Below are positions 9,952 to 17,715 of a DNA stretch of 64,000 nt, one piece after another. A program made the translations under genes and the position numbers. Positions within the stretch are counted from its first letter, which is position 1; the number at the start of each line of letters is the position of its first letter. Under the pieces are notes generated by a model. That model worked only from the letters and a program-made list of their open reading frames with translations, was not told the origin of the DNA and ran no database searches. This DNA is from an uncultured Bacilli bacterium. GTDB lineage: Bacteria; Bacillota_I; Bacilli_A; RF39; UBA660. The stretch is taken from the NCBI GenBank assembly GCA_934130045.1, contig CAKOXI010000002.1, positions 728 to 64,727 of the forward strand. The letters run 5' to 3'.

Positions 9952-10400
9952 GTGTGCTAGGCATGGCATATATCTAGATGGTGAAAGTTCATTACATGCA
10001 TACATATCAACGAAGTGTTTTTCCATCGTGAGGTGTGAACTGAAGGAAGTGTAGAGCAAAATCATGGTCTGATGAACAAAAACTTAATATAAGGTTACAC
10101 ATATGGATAAGAGTGCATTACAACTTGAAGTTATAAAGATATACGTAAATATGAGTAGTAAATTAATCATATAAGCGAGGAAAGAGATATGTCTTACCCT
10201 AGGAGGTTTCATAGACACATAAGCACGAGCATTTTAATATCAACAATTGTTAATGGTGGTCGAAAAAAGATTGCTATGAGAAGTCAGCCGAGGTCATAGT
10301 ATCTATAAAAATATAGAGAAAGACTGAATATTTATAGTATTTCAAACACTAAGATTAACCTCCTTAATGACAAACAAATTGCTTAAGAAGATATTATATA
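9952..10400 (+). mobile_element. Truncated class C (IIC) group II intron relic: domains I-III and the start of domain IV; no RT ORF and no domain V/VI
   Basis: Starts GTGTGCTAGGCATGG 3 nt after a terminator T-run, which is the typical IIC insertion context. It is an island of higher GC. Blocks recalled from the Oceanobacillus IIC intron are present: tctagatggtgaaagttc, ctgaaggaagtg, ggtctgatgaac...cttaatataaggt, gaggaaagag...cttaccctaggaggt, gaagtcagccgaggtcatagta, the DII-like hairpin ctataaaaatatag, and ctaagattaacc. A residual ATG...MTNKLLKKIL resembles an intron-encoded-protein N-terminus. The 3' boundary is uncertain. Confidence 0.7.
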
Positions 10401-10488
10401 TGTTTCTAAAACTTATTGCACATTAATTGTGCACTTTCAACAAAAATCTACAAAAAGTTAAAAAAACGAAACACAAATTATTTTTTTA

Positions 10489-10516
10489 TTGACATATTTA
10501 TGAAAAATTGTATAAT
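10489..10516 (+). promoter_or_regulatory. Sigma-A-type promoter for the capA-like gene
   Basis: ttgaca (10489-10494), 16-nt spacer, tataat (10511-10516). Confidence 0.55.
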
Positions 10517-10539
10517 AGGTTGAAAAGAAGAGGGTTTGT

Positions 10540-11697
10540 ATGAAAATTAAAAATTTAAAAGTTTATTTTAGTACGTGTTTATTAATGACAACTTTGTCAT
10601 CATGCAAAAATATAAATGAAGATTATAAAAGTGATAATAATATAATTGTTACTTCTTCAGTAGAAATGGAAAATATTACTAGTAAATGTGAAGTAAATGA
10701 TATTATTGAAACTAAAATAGATGATAAAGAGATAATTGAAGAAGAAAATTTTGACTACATTGTTCAACCAAAACAAACGGTTGATCAAATTGAGTCTGTA
10801 ACAATTAGTTTTACTGGAGATTGTACTTTGGGTACGTACGCTAAAAGTTCCAATAGAGCTTTTGAGGTTTTATTTGAACAACAAAAAGATTATAATTATT
10901 ATTTCAATAATGTAAAGCAAATATTTGAAAATGATGATTATACTGTTGTTAATTTGGAAGGACCACTTACTGATGCTACAGTAGCTCAAGATAAACCGTT
11001 TGCTTTTAAGGGTAGAAAAGATTATGTAAATATTTTATTAAATGGAAATGTTGAAGCTGTTAATTTATCTAATAATCATATCATGGATTATTATGAAGAA
11101 GGTTTCAATGATACCATTGAAGTATTAAATGAAAATAATATTGATTATTTTAATAATACTATTTATCATATTGAAGAAATAAATGGATATAAGTTTGGCT
11201 TTGCTGGATTTAAAGCTTTTAATTTATATACAAAAAATGAAATAGATAATGCTATTAAATATTTTAATGATAATGATGTTGATATAAAAATTATAACTTT
11301 GCATGGTGGAATTGAATATGATTATCAATTTGATTCTATAAAGGAAGAATTAGCTCATTATTCTATAGATAATGGAGTTGATTTGGTTGTCGGTCATCAT
11401 CCTCATATTTTACAGGGAATTGAAGAATATAATAATAAATATATTATATATTCACTTGGAAATTTTTGCTATGGTGGTAATAGATGTCCTGTTGATATGA
11501 ATTCTATGATTGCTCAAGTAACTTTTAATTTTAAAAATAAAAAAATTGATAATTATGATTTAAATTTGATACCTGTTTCTATTTCTTCTGTTGATTATGA
11601 AAATAATTTTCAACCAACTATTTTAGAATGCGATAAGAAAGATAAAGTTTTAGAATTAATAAATAATTATAGTAAAAATTTTTCCTATAATGATTAA
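10540..11697 (+). CDS. CapA-family (PGA_cap metallophosphatase-like) lipoprotein
   Basis: Lipobox LMTTLSSC. Also ISFTGDCTLGT, NLEGPLT, NLSNNHIMDY, GHHPHILQGIE and SLGNFCYGG, typical of CapA/PgsA-type proteins. Confidence 0.8.
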   Translation: MKIKNLKVYFSTCLLMTTLSSCKNINEDYKSDNNIIVTSSVEMENITSKCEVNDIIETKIDDKEIIEEENFDYIVQPKQTVDQIESVTISFTGDCTLGTYAKSSNRAFEVLFEQQKDYNYYFNNVKQIFENDDYTVVNLEGPLTDATVAQDKPFAFKGRKDYVNILLNGNVEAVNLSNNHIMDYYEEGFNDTIEVLNENNIDYFNNTIYHIEEINGYKFGFAGFKAFNLYTKNEIDNAIKYFNDNDVDIKIITLHGGIEYDYQFDSIKEELAHYSIDNGVDLVVGHHPHILQGIEEYNNKYIIYSLGNFCYGGNRCPVDMNSMIAQVTFNFKNKKIDNYDLNLIPVSISSVDYENNFQPTILECDKKDKVLELINNYSKNFSYND

Positions 11698-11707
11698 TAT
11701 ATATTTT

Positions 11708-11736
11708 AAATATGGAGATATCCATATTTTTCTTTT
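11708..11736 (+). terminator. Intrinsic terminator
   Basis: Stem aaatatgga/tccatattt, gata loop, T-rich tail. Confidence 0.75.
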
Positions 11737-11777
11737 AAAGTAAATTTTATAGTGTTATAATAATTGTAGGTGGTTTT

Positions 11778-12401
11778 ATGGATACTGATTTATATAAATA
11801 TGAAAAAGAGTTATATGATCAAAATTATGAGTATATTGGTGGTGTTGATGAGGTAGGACGCGGTCCTTTAATTGGTGATGTAGTAGCAGCTTGTGTTGTT
11901 TTACCTCGCGATTTTGTCTTGGAGGGTTTAACGGATTCAAAAAAATTAAGTGAAAAAAAGCGTAATGAATATTATGATTATATAATTAAACATTGTATAG
12001 CTTATGGAATAGGGAGAGTTCATCCTGATGAAATAGATAAAATAAATATATATGAAGCAAGTCGTAAGGCAATGCTTAAAGCTATATCTAAGGTTAGAAA
12101 ACAAATTGATTTACAGTATGTTTTAGTTGATGCTATGCCACTTCCAACTTTGGATATTGGGGTTTCTTCTATAATTAAGGGTGATGCTAAAAGTATTAGT
12201 ATAGCAGCTGCAAGTGTAGTTGCTAAAGTAACTCGTGATAATGATATGTATAAGCTTGATAAAAAATATCCATTATATGGATATGCTTTACATAAAGGAT
12301 ATCCTACTAAGAGGCATATAGAGGCAATTAATAAATATGGACTTATTGATGGATATAGAAAAACTTATGGTCCTGTTAAAAAAGTATTGGAGGAAATTTA
12401 A
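11778..12401 (+). CDS. rnhB: Ribonuclease HII
   Basis: GVDEVGRGPLIGDVVAA, TDSKKLSEKKR, VDAMPL, GDAKSISIAAASVVAKVTRD, GYPTKRH. Confidence 0.92.
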   Translation: MDTDLYKYEKELYDQNYEYIGGVDEVGRGPLIGDVVAACVVLPRDFVLEGLTDSKKLSEKKRNEYYDYIIKHCIAYGIGRVHPDEIDKINIYEASRKAMLKAISKVRKQIDLQYVLVDAMPLPTLDIGVSSIIKGDAKSISIAAASVVAKVTRDNDMYKLDKKYPLYGYALHKGYPTKRHIEAINKYGLIDGYRKTYGPVKKVLEEI

Positions 12402-12703
12402 TGAATTTTGGTTTTAATTTTAATGATAGAAAATTATTTACTCGTGAACAAAAAAGCACAACTAGATCTATTGATATGAATCGTTATAGTGATAAGTTTG
12501 GTGCAACTGATCCAGATACTATAAAAATGAGAAGACTTAAATTTAAAGAACAATTTAATAAAAATATTAATTTAAATAGAGAAATGAATAAAAATAATAG
12601 TGTTTCTTCAACTATTTTAAATAAACCTAATAATGCAAGAACCAGAGAAGAAAAGCAGTTTAATCATATAGAAGCTTTAAAAAATATTAAAAGAGGTTTT
12701 TAA
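12401..12703 (+). CDS. Hypothetical basic protein, 100 aa
   Basis: ORF start is coupled to the rnhB stop (taATGa), and its end overlaps the next start. No motifs recognised. Confidence 0.45.
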   Translation: MNFGFNFNDRKLFTREQKSTTRSIDMNRYSDKFGATDPDTIKMRRLKFKEQFNKNINLNREMNKNNSVSSTILNKPNNARTREEKQFNHIEALKNIKRGF

Positions 12704-13239
12704 TGGTAATTGAAAAAATAGTTGTTGGATCATATTTAGAAAATTGTTATATTTTATCTATTGGTTCTAATTGTATTGTTGTTGATCCAGGTGATGATTA
12801 TTTAAGAATTGATGAAAAGATAAATGGTAAAAATGTTTTGGCTGTTTTAATAACTCATAGACATTCTGATCACATTGGTGCTTTAGAGGATATAATAAGA
12901 AAATATAATCCTATTATTTATGAATATAAAAATGTTCAAGAAAAAAATTATGTTATTGATAAATTTTCTTTTGATGTTATTTATACACCAGGACATACTA
13001 ATGATTCTGTTACTTATTATTTTAAAAGTGAAAAGGTAATGTTTACTGGTGATTTTGTTTTTGAAAATTCGATAGGTAGAACAGATTTACCGACTGGTGA
13101 TTATAATAAAATGGTTGATAGTATTAATTTATTAAAAAAATATCCAGATGATATTACTTTATATCCTGGACATGGTAATTATACTACAATAGGTATAGAA
13201 AAAATTAATAATTATTGGTTTTATAATATTAATCTATAA
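12703..13239 (+). CDS. MBL-fold metallo-hydrolase (small glyoxalase-II-like)
   Basis: VVDPGDD, ITHRHSDHIGAL (HxHxDH), TPGHTNDS, GDFVF...GRTDLP, YPGHG. Confidence 0.85.
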   Translation: MVIEKIVVGSYLENCYILSIGSNCIVVDPGDDYLRIDEKINGKNVLAVLITHRHSDHIGALEDIIRKYNPIIYEYKNVQEKNYVIDKFSFDVIYTPGHTNDSVTYYFKSEKVMFTGDFVFENSIGRTDLPTGDYNKMVDSINLLKKYPDDITLYPGHGNYTTIGIEKINNYWFYNINL

Positions 13240-13286
13240 ATATAGATTTTTTTTTAAATTTAATATATAATTGATGTGGTGATAAA

Positions 13287-13874
13287 ATGAAAAATATAGA
13301 TATAAATGTTGGTGTTTCAAATAGACATGTTCATTTGAAAGAAAGTGATTTTAAAATATTATTTGGTAATGATGCAGTATTAGAGTGTGAAAAAAAATTA
13401 ACACAACCTGGTCAATATTCAAGTAAATCTAAAATTACTATTAAAACTGAAAAATCAGAAATACCTAATGTAAGGGTATTAGGACCATTAAGAAGCTATA
13501 CTCAAGTAGAAATTTCTAAAACTGATGCTTTTAAATTAGGTGTAAATCCTCCAGTTAGAGAATCTGGGGATATAGAAAATAGTGAATCAGTTACTTTAGT
13601 TGGTCCATGTGGTGAAATTACTATAAATGAGGGATGTATAATTGCTTCAAGACATATTCATTTAACCCATGATGATGTAAAAAAGTATGGTTTAGAAGGT
13701 AAAAAATATGTTGATATTTTAATTGATGGCTTTAAAGGTGGAATTTTAAAAAATGTGTTTTTAAAAATAAGTGATGATTTTGTTTTCGAGTTGCATATTG
13801 ATACAGATGATGCTAATGCTCATTTAGTTAAACAAGGTGATATTGTTCATATCATTGGTGATGATTGTGAGTAA
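13287..13874 (+). CDS. pduL: Phosphate propanoyl/acetyl-transferase PduL
   Basis: Duplicated PTAC motifs GVSNRHVHL and ASRHIHL, and a length of about 195 aa. No other pdu genes are nearby. Confidence 0.8.
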   Translation: MKNIDINVGVSNRHVHLKESDFKILFGNDAVLECEKKLTQPGQYSSKSKITIKTEKSEIPNVRVLGPLRSYTQVEISKTDAFKLGVNPPVRESGDIENSESVTLVGPCGEITINEGCIIASRHIHLTHDDVKKYGLEGKKYVDILIDGFKGGILKNVFLKISDDFVFELHIDTDDANAHLVKQGDIVHIIGDDCE

Positions 13875-14091
13875 TGTGTTTTGTATTTGTGATAAGTGTA
13901 AGATGATGAATATTAAATCAATAGTACCAAAATTAAAAAAAATAGATGAATTCGCTGAAATAAGAATAGGTTGTCAAAATTTTTGTGGTATTGGTAGAAC
14001 TAAATGTTTTGCAATTGTTAATAATATCCCAGTGATTGCTTCTTCTTCAGATGAATTAATTTTGAAAATAAAGAATAGTATAGGTGATTAA
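13861..14091 (+). CDS. DUF1450-family small Cys-rich protein (YuzB-like)
   Basis: FCICDKC...GCQNFCGIGRTKCFAIVNN resembles the EFC...GCL.HCG.C pattern of DUF1450. I chose the ATG at 13861, which overlaps the pduL end by 14 nt. The track ORF begins at GTG 13837. Confidence 0.55.
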   Translation: MIVSNVFCICDKCKMMNIKSIVPKLKKIDEFAEIRIGCQNFCGIGRTKCFAIVNNIPVIASSSDELILKIKNSIGD

Positions 14092-14093
14092 AA

Positions 14094-14918
14094 ATGCCAG
14101 AATTACCAGAAGTTGAGACTGTAAGAAAAAGTTTAAAAAAGTTAGTATTAAATAAAAAAATAGTAGGTGTAAATATAATTTATCCAAATATAATTGAATA
14201 TCCTGATATTTTAGAATTTGAAGAAAAAATTGTTAATCAAACTATTAATGATATAAAAAGAAGAGGTAAATGGTTGATGTTTGAGTTAGATAATTATTTT
14301 TTACTTAGTCATCTTAGAATGGAAGGAAAATATTTAATTAGAAAAAAAGGAGATAATTATGGTAAACATGAACTAATTTCTTTTATTTTTTCTGATTTGA
14401 CTGAATTAAGATATCAAGATGTAAGAAAATTTGGTCGTATGTATTTAATTGAAAAAAATCATGTATATGACTGTAAACCTTTAAATTCTTTAGGTTTAGA
14501 GCCTTGGGATGATAATTTGAATGTTTTATATTTAAAAGAAAAATATAAGGGGAAAAAATTACCTATAAAAACAACTTTATTAGATCAAAGTATAATTGTA
14601 GGAATTGGTAATATTTATGCTGATGAAATTTTATTTCTAAGTCATATAAATCCTTTAAAAAAATGTTATGAATTAAATGATAAAGAGTTAGAATCTATTA
14701 TAGAAAATACTAAAAAAGTTTTGGATATGGCAATTAAAGATGGTGGTACTACTATAAAAAGTTATACATCTAGTGAAGGTGTTCATGGTAATCATCAACA
14801 ATTTTTATTAGTTCATAGCAAAGAAAATGAAAATTGTCCTATATGTAATAATAAAATTATAAAAATAAAAGTTGGTGGAAGGGGAACTTATTATTGCAGT
14901 AAATGTCAAAAAATGTAG
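14094..14918 (+). CDS. mutM: Formamidopyrimidine-DNA glycosylase
   Basis: MPELPEVETV N-terminus, LRMEGKY, H2TH region GIGNIYADEILF, C-terminal zinc finger CPICNNKI...GRGTYYCSKCQ. Confidence 0.93.
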   Translation: MPELPEVETVRKSLKKLVLNKKIVGVNIIYPNIIEYPDILEFEEKIVNQTINDIKRRGKWLMFELDNYFLLSHLRMEGKYLIRKKGDNYGKHELISFIFSDLTELRYQDVRKFGRMYLIEKNHVYDCKPLNSLGLEPWDDNLNVLYLKEKYKGKKLPIKTTLLDQSIIVGIGNIYADEILFLSHINPLKKCYELNDKELESIIENTKKVLDMAIKDGGTTIKSYTSSEGVHGNHQQFLLVHSKENENCPICNNKIIKIKVGGRGTYYCSKCQKM

Positions 14919-14926
14919 GTGGTATA

Positions 14927-16087
14927 ATGAAAAAAAATGTAGTTGCATATATTATAACTATTATTTTGTCAATTTTATATATTTTTATATTTAATAAAAT
15001 ATTTTGTAAAGATTTAAATTTATTTACAAATAATGATGTAATTAAAGTAAAAGTAATGGAAATTATATCTATAGATAGTTCAGAATATCAACTTGGTTTG
15101 AATGATGTACATGAGGAAAAATCAATATATTTTAAAGGAAAAATTATTAATGGTTCTAATAAAGGAAAAGTTATTGATGGTGTACAAAAACTAAATGATA
15201 TATATGCTGGAAATCAGGAACAAGTAAAAGTTGGTAATAAAGTATTGTTAATGAAATCTCAAAATATAGGTGATGCCCAATATTTAATGACTGAATATGT
15301 AAGAAGTGATTATTTATTAATTTTAACAGTAATATTTTTATTATTTTTAATTATATTTGGTCATAAGAAAGGACTTAATACAATTTTATCGTTAATTTTT
15401 ACTTGTTTAGCTATCTTTTTAGTTTTTATACCATCGGTATTAGCTGGTAGAAGTATATACTTGTGGTCTATAATAACATGCTTATTTATTATATTAATGA
15501 CTTTGTTATTTATTAATAATTTAAGTAAAAAAACTTTGTGCGCATGTTTAAGTTGTATAGTGGGTGTATCTTTAACAGCACTTTTAACTTTACTTATGTC
15601 TAAAATTATGTCTTTAACTGGAATTTTAGATGAACAATCTTATTATTTACAATTAATGGATACTTCTAAACCTTTTGATTTAAAAGCAATTATATTTGCG
15701 GGTATTATATTAGGAGCTGTAGGCGCTATTATGGATGTAGCTGTAGAACTTTCTGCATCTTTACTAGAAGTTTATGAAAAGGCAAAAAATGAAGATAAAA
15801 ATATCAAATCATTATGGAATTCTGGCTTGAATATTGGTAGAGATATGATGGGAACCATGTCTAATACATTAGTTATGGCATATATTGGTAATTCAATTTC
15901 TACAACATTATTATTGTTATCATATAGTGGTTCTTTAATTGAATTATTAAATAGGGAAATGATTATTGTTGAATTATTACAAATATTAGTTGGAAGTTTT
16001 GGGCTTCTATTAACTATTCCATTTACTTCTATAATTTGTTCTTTAATTTATTGTAAGAAAAATAGTATGGGGAAATGCAATGAATGA
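14927..16087 (+). CDS. YibE/F-family membrane protein
   Basis: N-terminal TM, a soluble segment of about 110 aa, then six or more TM helices with a G/A/L-rich pattern typical of YibE/F. The ATG at 14927 follows SD aggtgg. The track start is 14903. Confidence 0.6.
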   Translation: MKKNVVAYIITIILSILYIFIFNKIFCKDLNLFTNNDVIKVKVMEIISIDSSEYQLGLNDVHEEKSIYFKGKIINGSNKGKVIDGVQKLNDIYAGNQEQVKVGNKVLLMKSQNIGDAQYLMTEYVRSDYLLILTVIFLLFLIIFGHKKGLNTILSLIFTCLAIFLVFIPSVLAGRSIYLWSIITCLFIILMTLLFINNLSKKTLCACLSCIVGVSLTALLTLLMSKIMSLTGILDEQSYYLQLMDTSKPFDLKAIIFAGIILGAVGAIMDVAVELSASLLEVYEKAKNEDKNIKSLWNSGLNIGRDMMGTMSNTLVMAYIGNSISTTLLLLSYSGSLIELLNREMIIVELLQILVGSFGLLLTIPFTSIICSLIYCKKNSMGKCNE

Positions 16088-17360
16088 TATTATAAATGAA
16101 GTATTAAAAAGGACAAAGTTAGAAAATTTTTATAAATTATTACAAAATAAAAATTATGAGTTGATTTACCAATATTATGGAAAAAATGTATATCAGTTTT
16201 TTACTCCAAAATTATATCAAAAAGAAGATATAAAAAAATTAATGATTGAAAAAAGATATGGTGAAATTTATAGTAAGTATGGATTTTCTCAAATTGTTAA
16301 AATAAAAAATTTAAGAAAATATAAATTTGATGATATAAAAAAATTAAAAGAATCTGGTAGATACGAAGATATTTATATAAAATATGGTGAAAAAGAATAT
16401 AATAGGTATCTTGATATTATGAGGGAATCTGATATAAAAAATGAATTGTCAGATATTTCTAAATTTAAGCTTTATAAGTCTAAATTTAAGTTAGTGTCTA
16501 AGATAGAATTTCTTAAAAAAATTTCTACAGCAACTATTGCAAGCTGTATGTTTATATGTGGTTTTGTTGGTTTTAATAATGGTTTAGAATTTAAGCAGAA
16601 TGAAATTAGTTATTATGATGCTGTTATGGAGTATAATTCTAAAATACATTCTTATGCAAATGAAGTTAATGAAATGAATTTATCTGATTTACAAATAATA
16701 ATGAAAGTAATGGATGATATTTGGCAAGAAATGGAAGGTTATGGAAAGCCTGAACTTGATATAAGAGGATTTGAGAGAATTGATTTATTAAATGAAAATG
16801 GAGTAGGTGTATGTAGAAATATTGCTGATGATTTTACAGCTAAAATGAACGCAATTAACCCAAAATATAATGCAAGAAATGTTATTGTTTATTTTGATAA
16901 TGACTGTTATAATAAAGAATCAATGGCAGATATTTCTCAAAAATACTCTAAAAGTTATTTAGAAGTGTTTGAAAATAATCAAGAAAATAATCAGGAAAAT
17001 ATTGAAAATGAAGATGATTTATTTAAAAAGCAACTAGGTAATCATATGGTAACTGTTTTAGATATACCAGAAGATAATATTTCCTTAATTGTTGATGCGA
17101 CTAATCCATCTATTGGATATTTAAAACAGGGAAAAATATATATGTTATCTAATTATAATGGGAAAGGATTAGAATTTGCAAATTTTGGTCAAGTTTTCTT
17201 TAATGATACTAAGAATTACCTTAGTATTGAATTTGAAAAGGTAAATAGTGCATTTAAATTTAATGATTTAAATGATATAAATAAAAAGTATGGTCATGAT
17301 GCTCAAAATGAAGCTCTTTTATATGTTAGAGATTTAGATATTAAAAATAAAAACAGGTAA
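16080..17360 (+). CDS. Hypothetical membrane-anchored protein with possible transglutaminase-like Cys-His-Asp core
   Basis: Central TM (IASCMFICGFVGF). C-terminal region has GVGVCRNIADDF ... GNHMVTVLDIPEDNISLIVDATNP (C, H, D spacing as in transglutaminase-like cysteine peptidases). Start overlaps the YibE/F stop. Confidence 0.45.
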   Translation: MNDIINEVLKRTKLENFYKLLQNKNYELIYQYYGKNVYQFFTPKLYQKEDIKKLMIEKRYGEIYSKYGFSQIVKIKNLRKYKFDDIKKLKESGRYEDIYIKYGEKEYNRYLDIMRESDIKNELSDISKFKLYKSKFKLVSKIEFLKKISTATIASCMFICGFVGFNNGLEFKQNEISYYDAVMEYNSKIHSYANEVNEMNLSDLQIIMKVMDDIWQEMEGYGKPELDIRGFERIDLLNENGVGVCRNIADDFTAKMNAINPKYNARNVIVYFDNDCYNKESMADISQKYSKSYLEVFENNQENNQENIENEDDLFKKQLGNHMVTVLDIPEDNISLIVDATNPSIGYLKQGKIYMLSNYNGKGLEFANFGQVFFNDTKNYLSIEFEKVNSAFKFNDLNDINKKYGHDAQNEALLYVRDLDIKNKNR

Positions 17361-17374
17361 AACCTGTTTTTTTA
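17349..17374. terminator. Bidirectional terminator between convergent genes
   Basis: Stem aaacagg/cctgttt, flanked by an A-run and a T-run. Serves the 16080-17360 ORF (+) and rpmB (-). Confidence 0.75.
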
Positions 17375-17560
17375 TGCTACTTCAATATCTTTACTAACTT
17401 TTTTTAATGTTCTTAATTCTCTAGCACTGATTTTAATTGAAGTTCCATCTTCTAGAGTGATTTTTTGTAAATTTGGTTTTTGAGCATGTTTAGTAGCATT
17501 ACAAGCATGACTTCTTTTATTACCAAATAAAGGTTTTTTATTAGTTACTTTAATAGCCAT
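17372..17560 (-). CDS. rpmB: 50S ribosomal protein bL28
   Basis: 62 aa, KVTNKKPLFGNKRSHACNATKHAQKPNLQK. Confidence 0.9.
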   Translation of the reverse strand: MAIKVTNKKPLFGNKRSHACNATKHAQKPNLQKITLEDGTSIKISARELRTLKKVSKDIEVA

Positions 17561-17715
17561 ATTATCTCCTCCTTTATTTTTTCTCCCTATGCCATATAAT
17601 TTTACTATATTATTTTAAATAAGTCAAATATTTATAATATTTTTCTTAAATTTCTATTATTTATTTTTTATAATTATTGATTGTGCTATAATAAATGTAT
17701 GATTGGAGGGGAATT

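Noticed and set aside
9868-10065. Minus-strand 65-aa ORF across the terminator and the intron 5' end
   Set aside because: It lies antisense to a terminator hairpin and the structured intron relic. It has no SD, and the RNA element explains the region better.
9990-10080. The 'ctgaaggaagtg' motif, first considered as an SRP (4.5S/scRNA) domain IV-like sequence; tmRNA, 6S and OLE-type RNAs were also considered
   Set aside because: There is no SRP Alu or domain IV helix context, no tmRNA tag ORF or T-arm (GGTTCGA), and the ordered set of blocks fits group IIC intron domain I much better.
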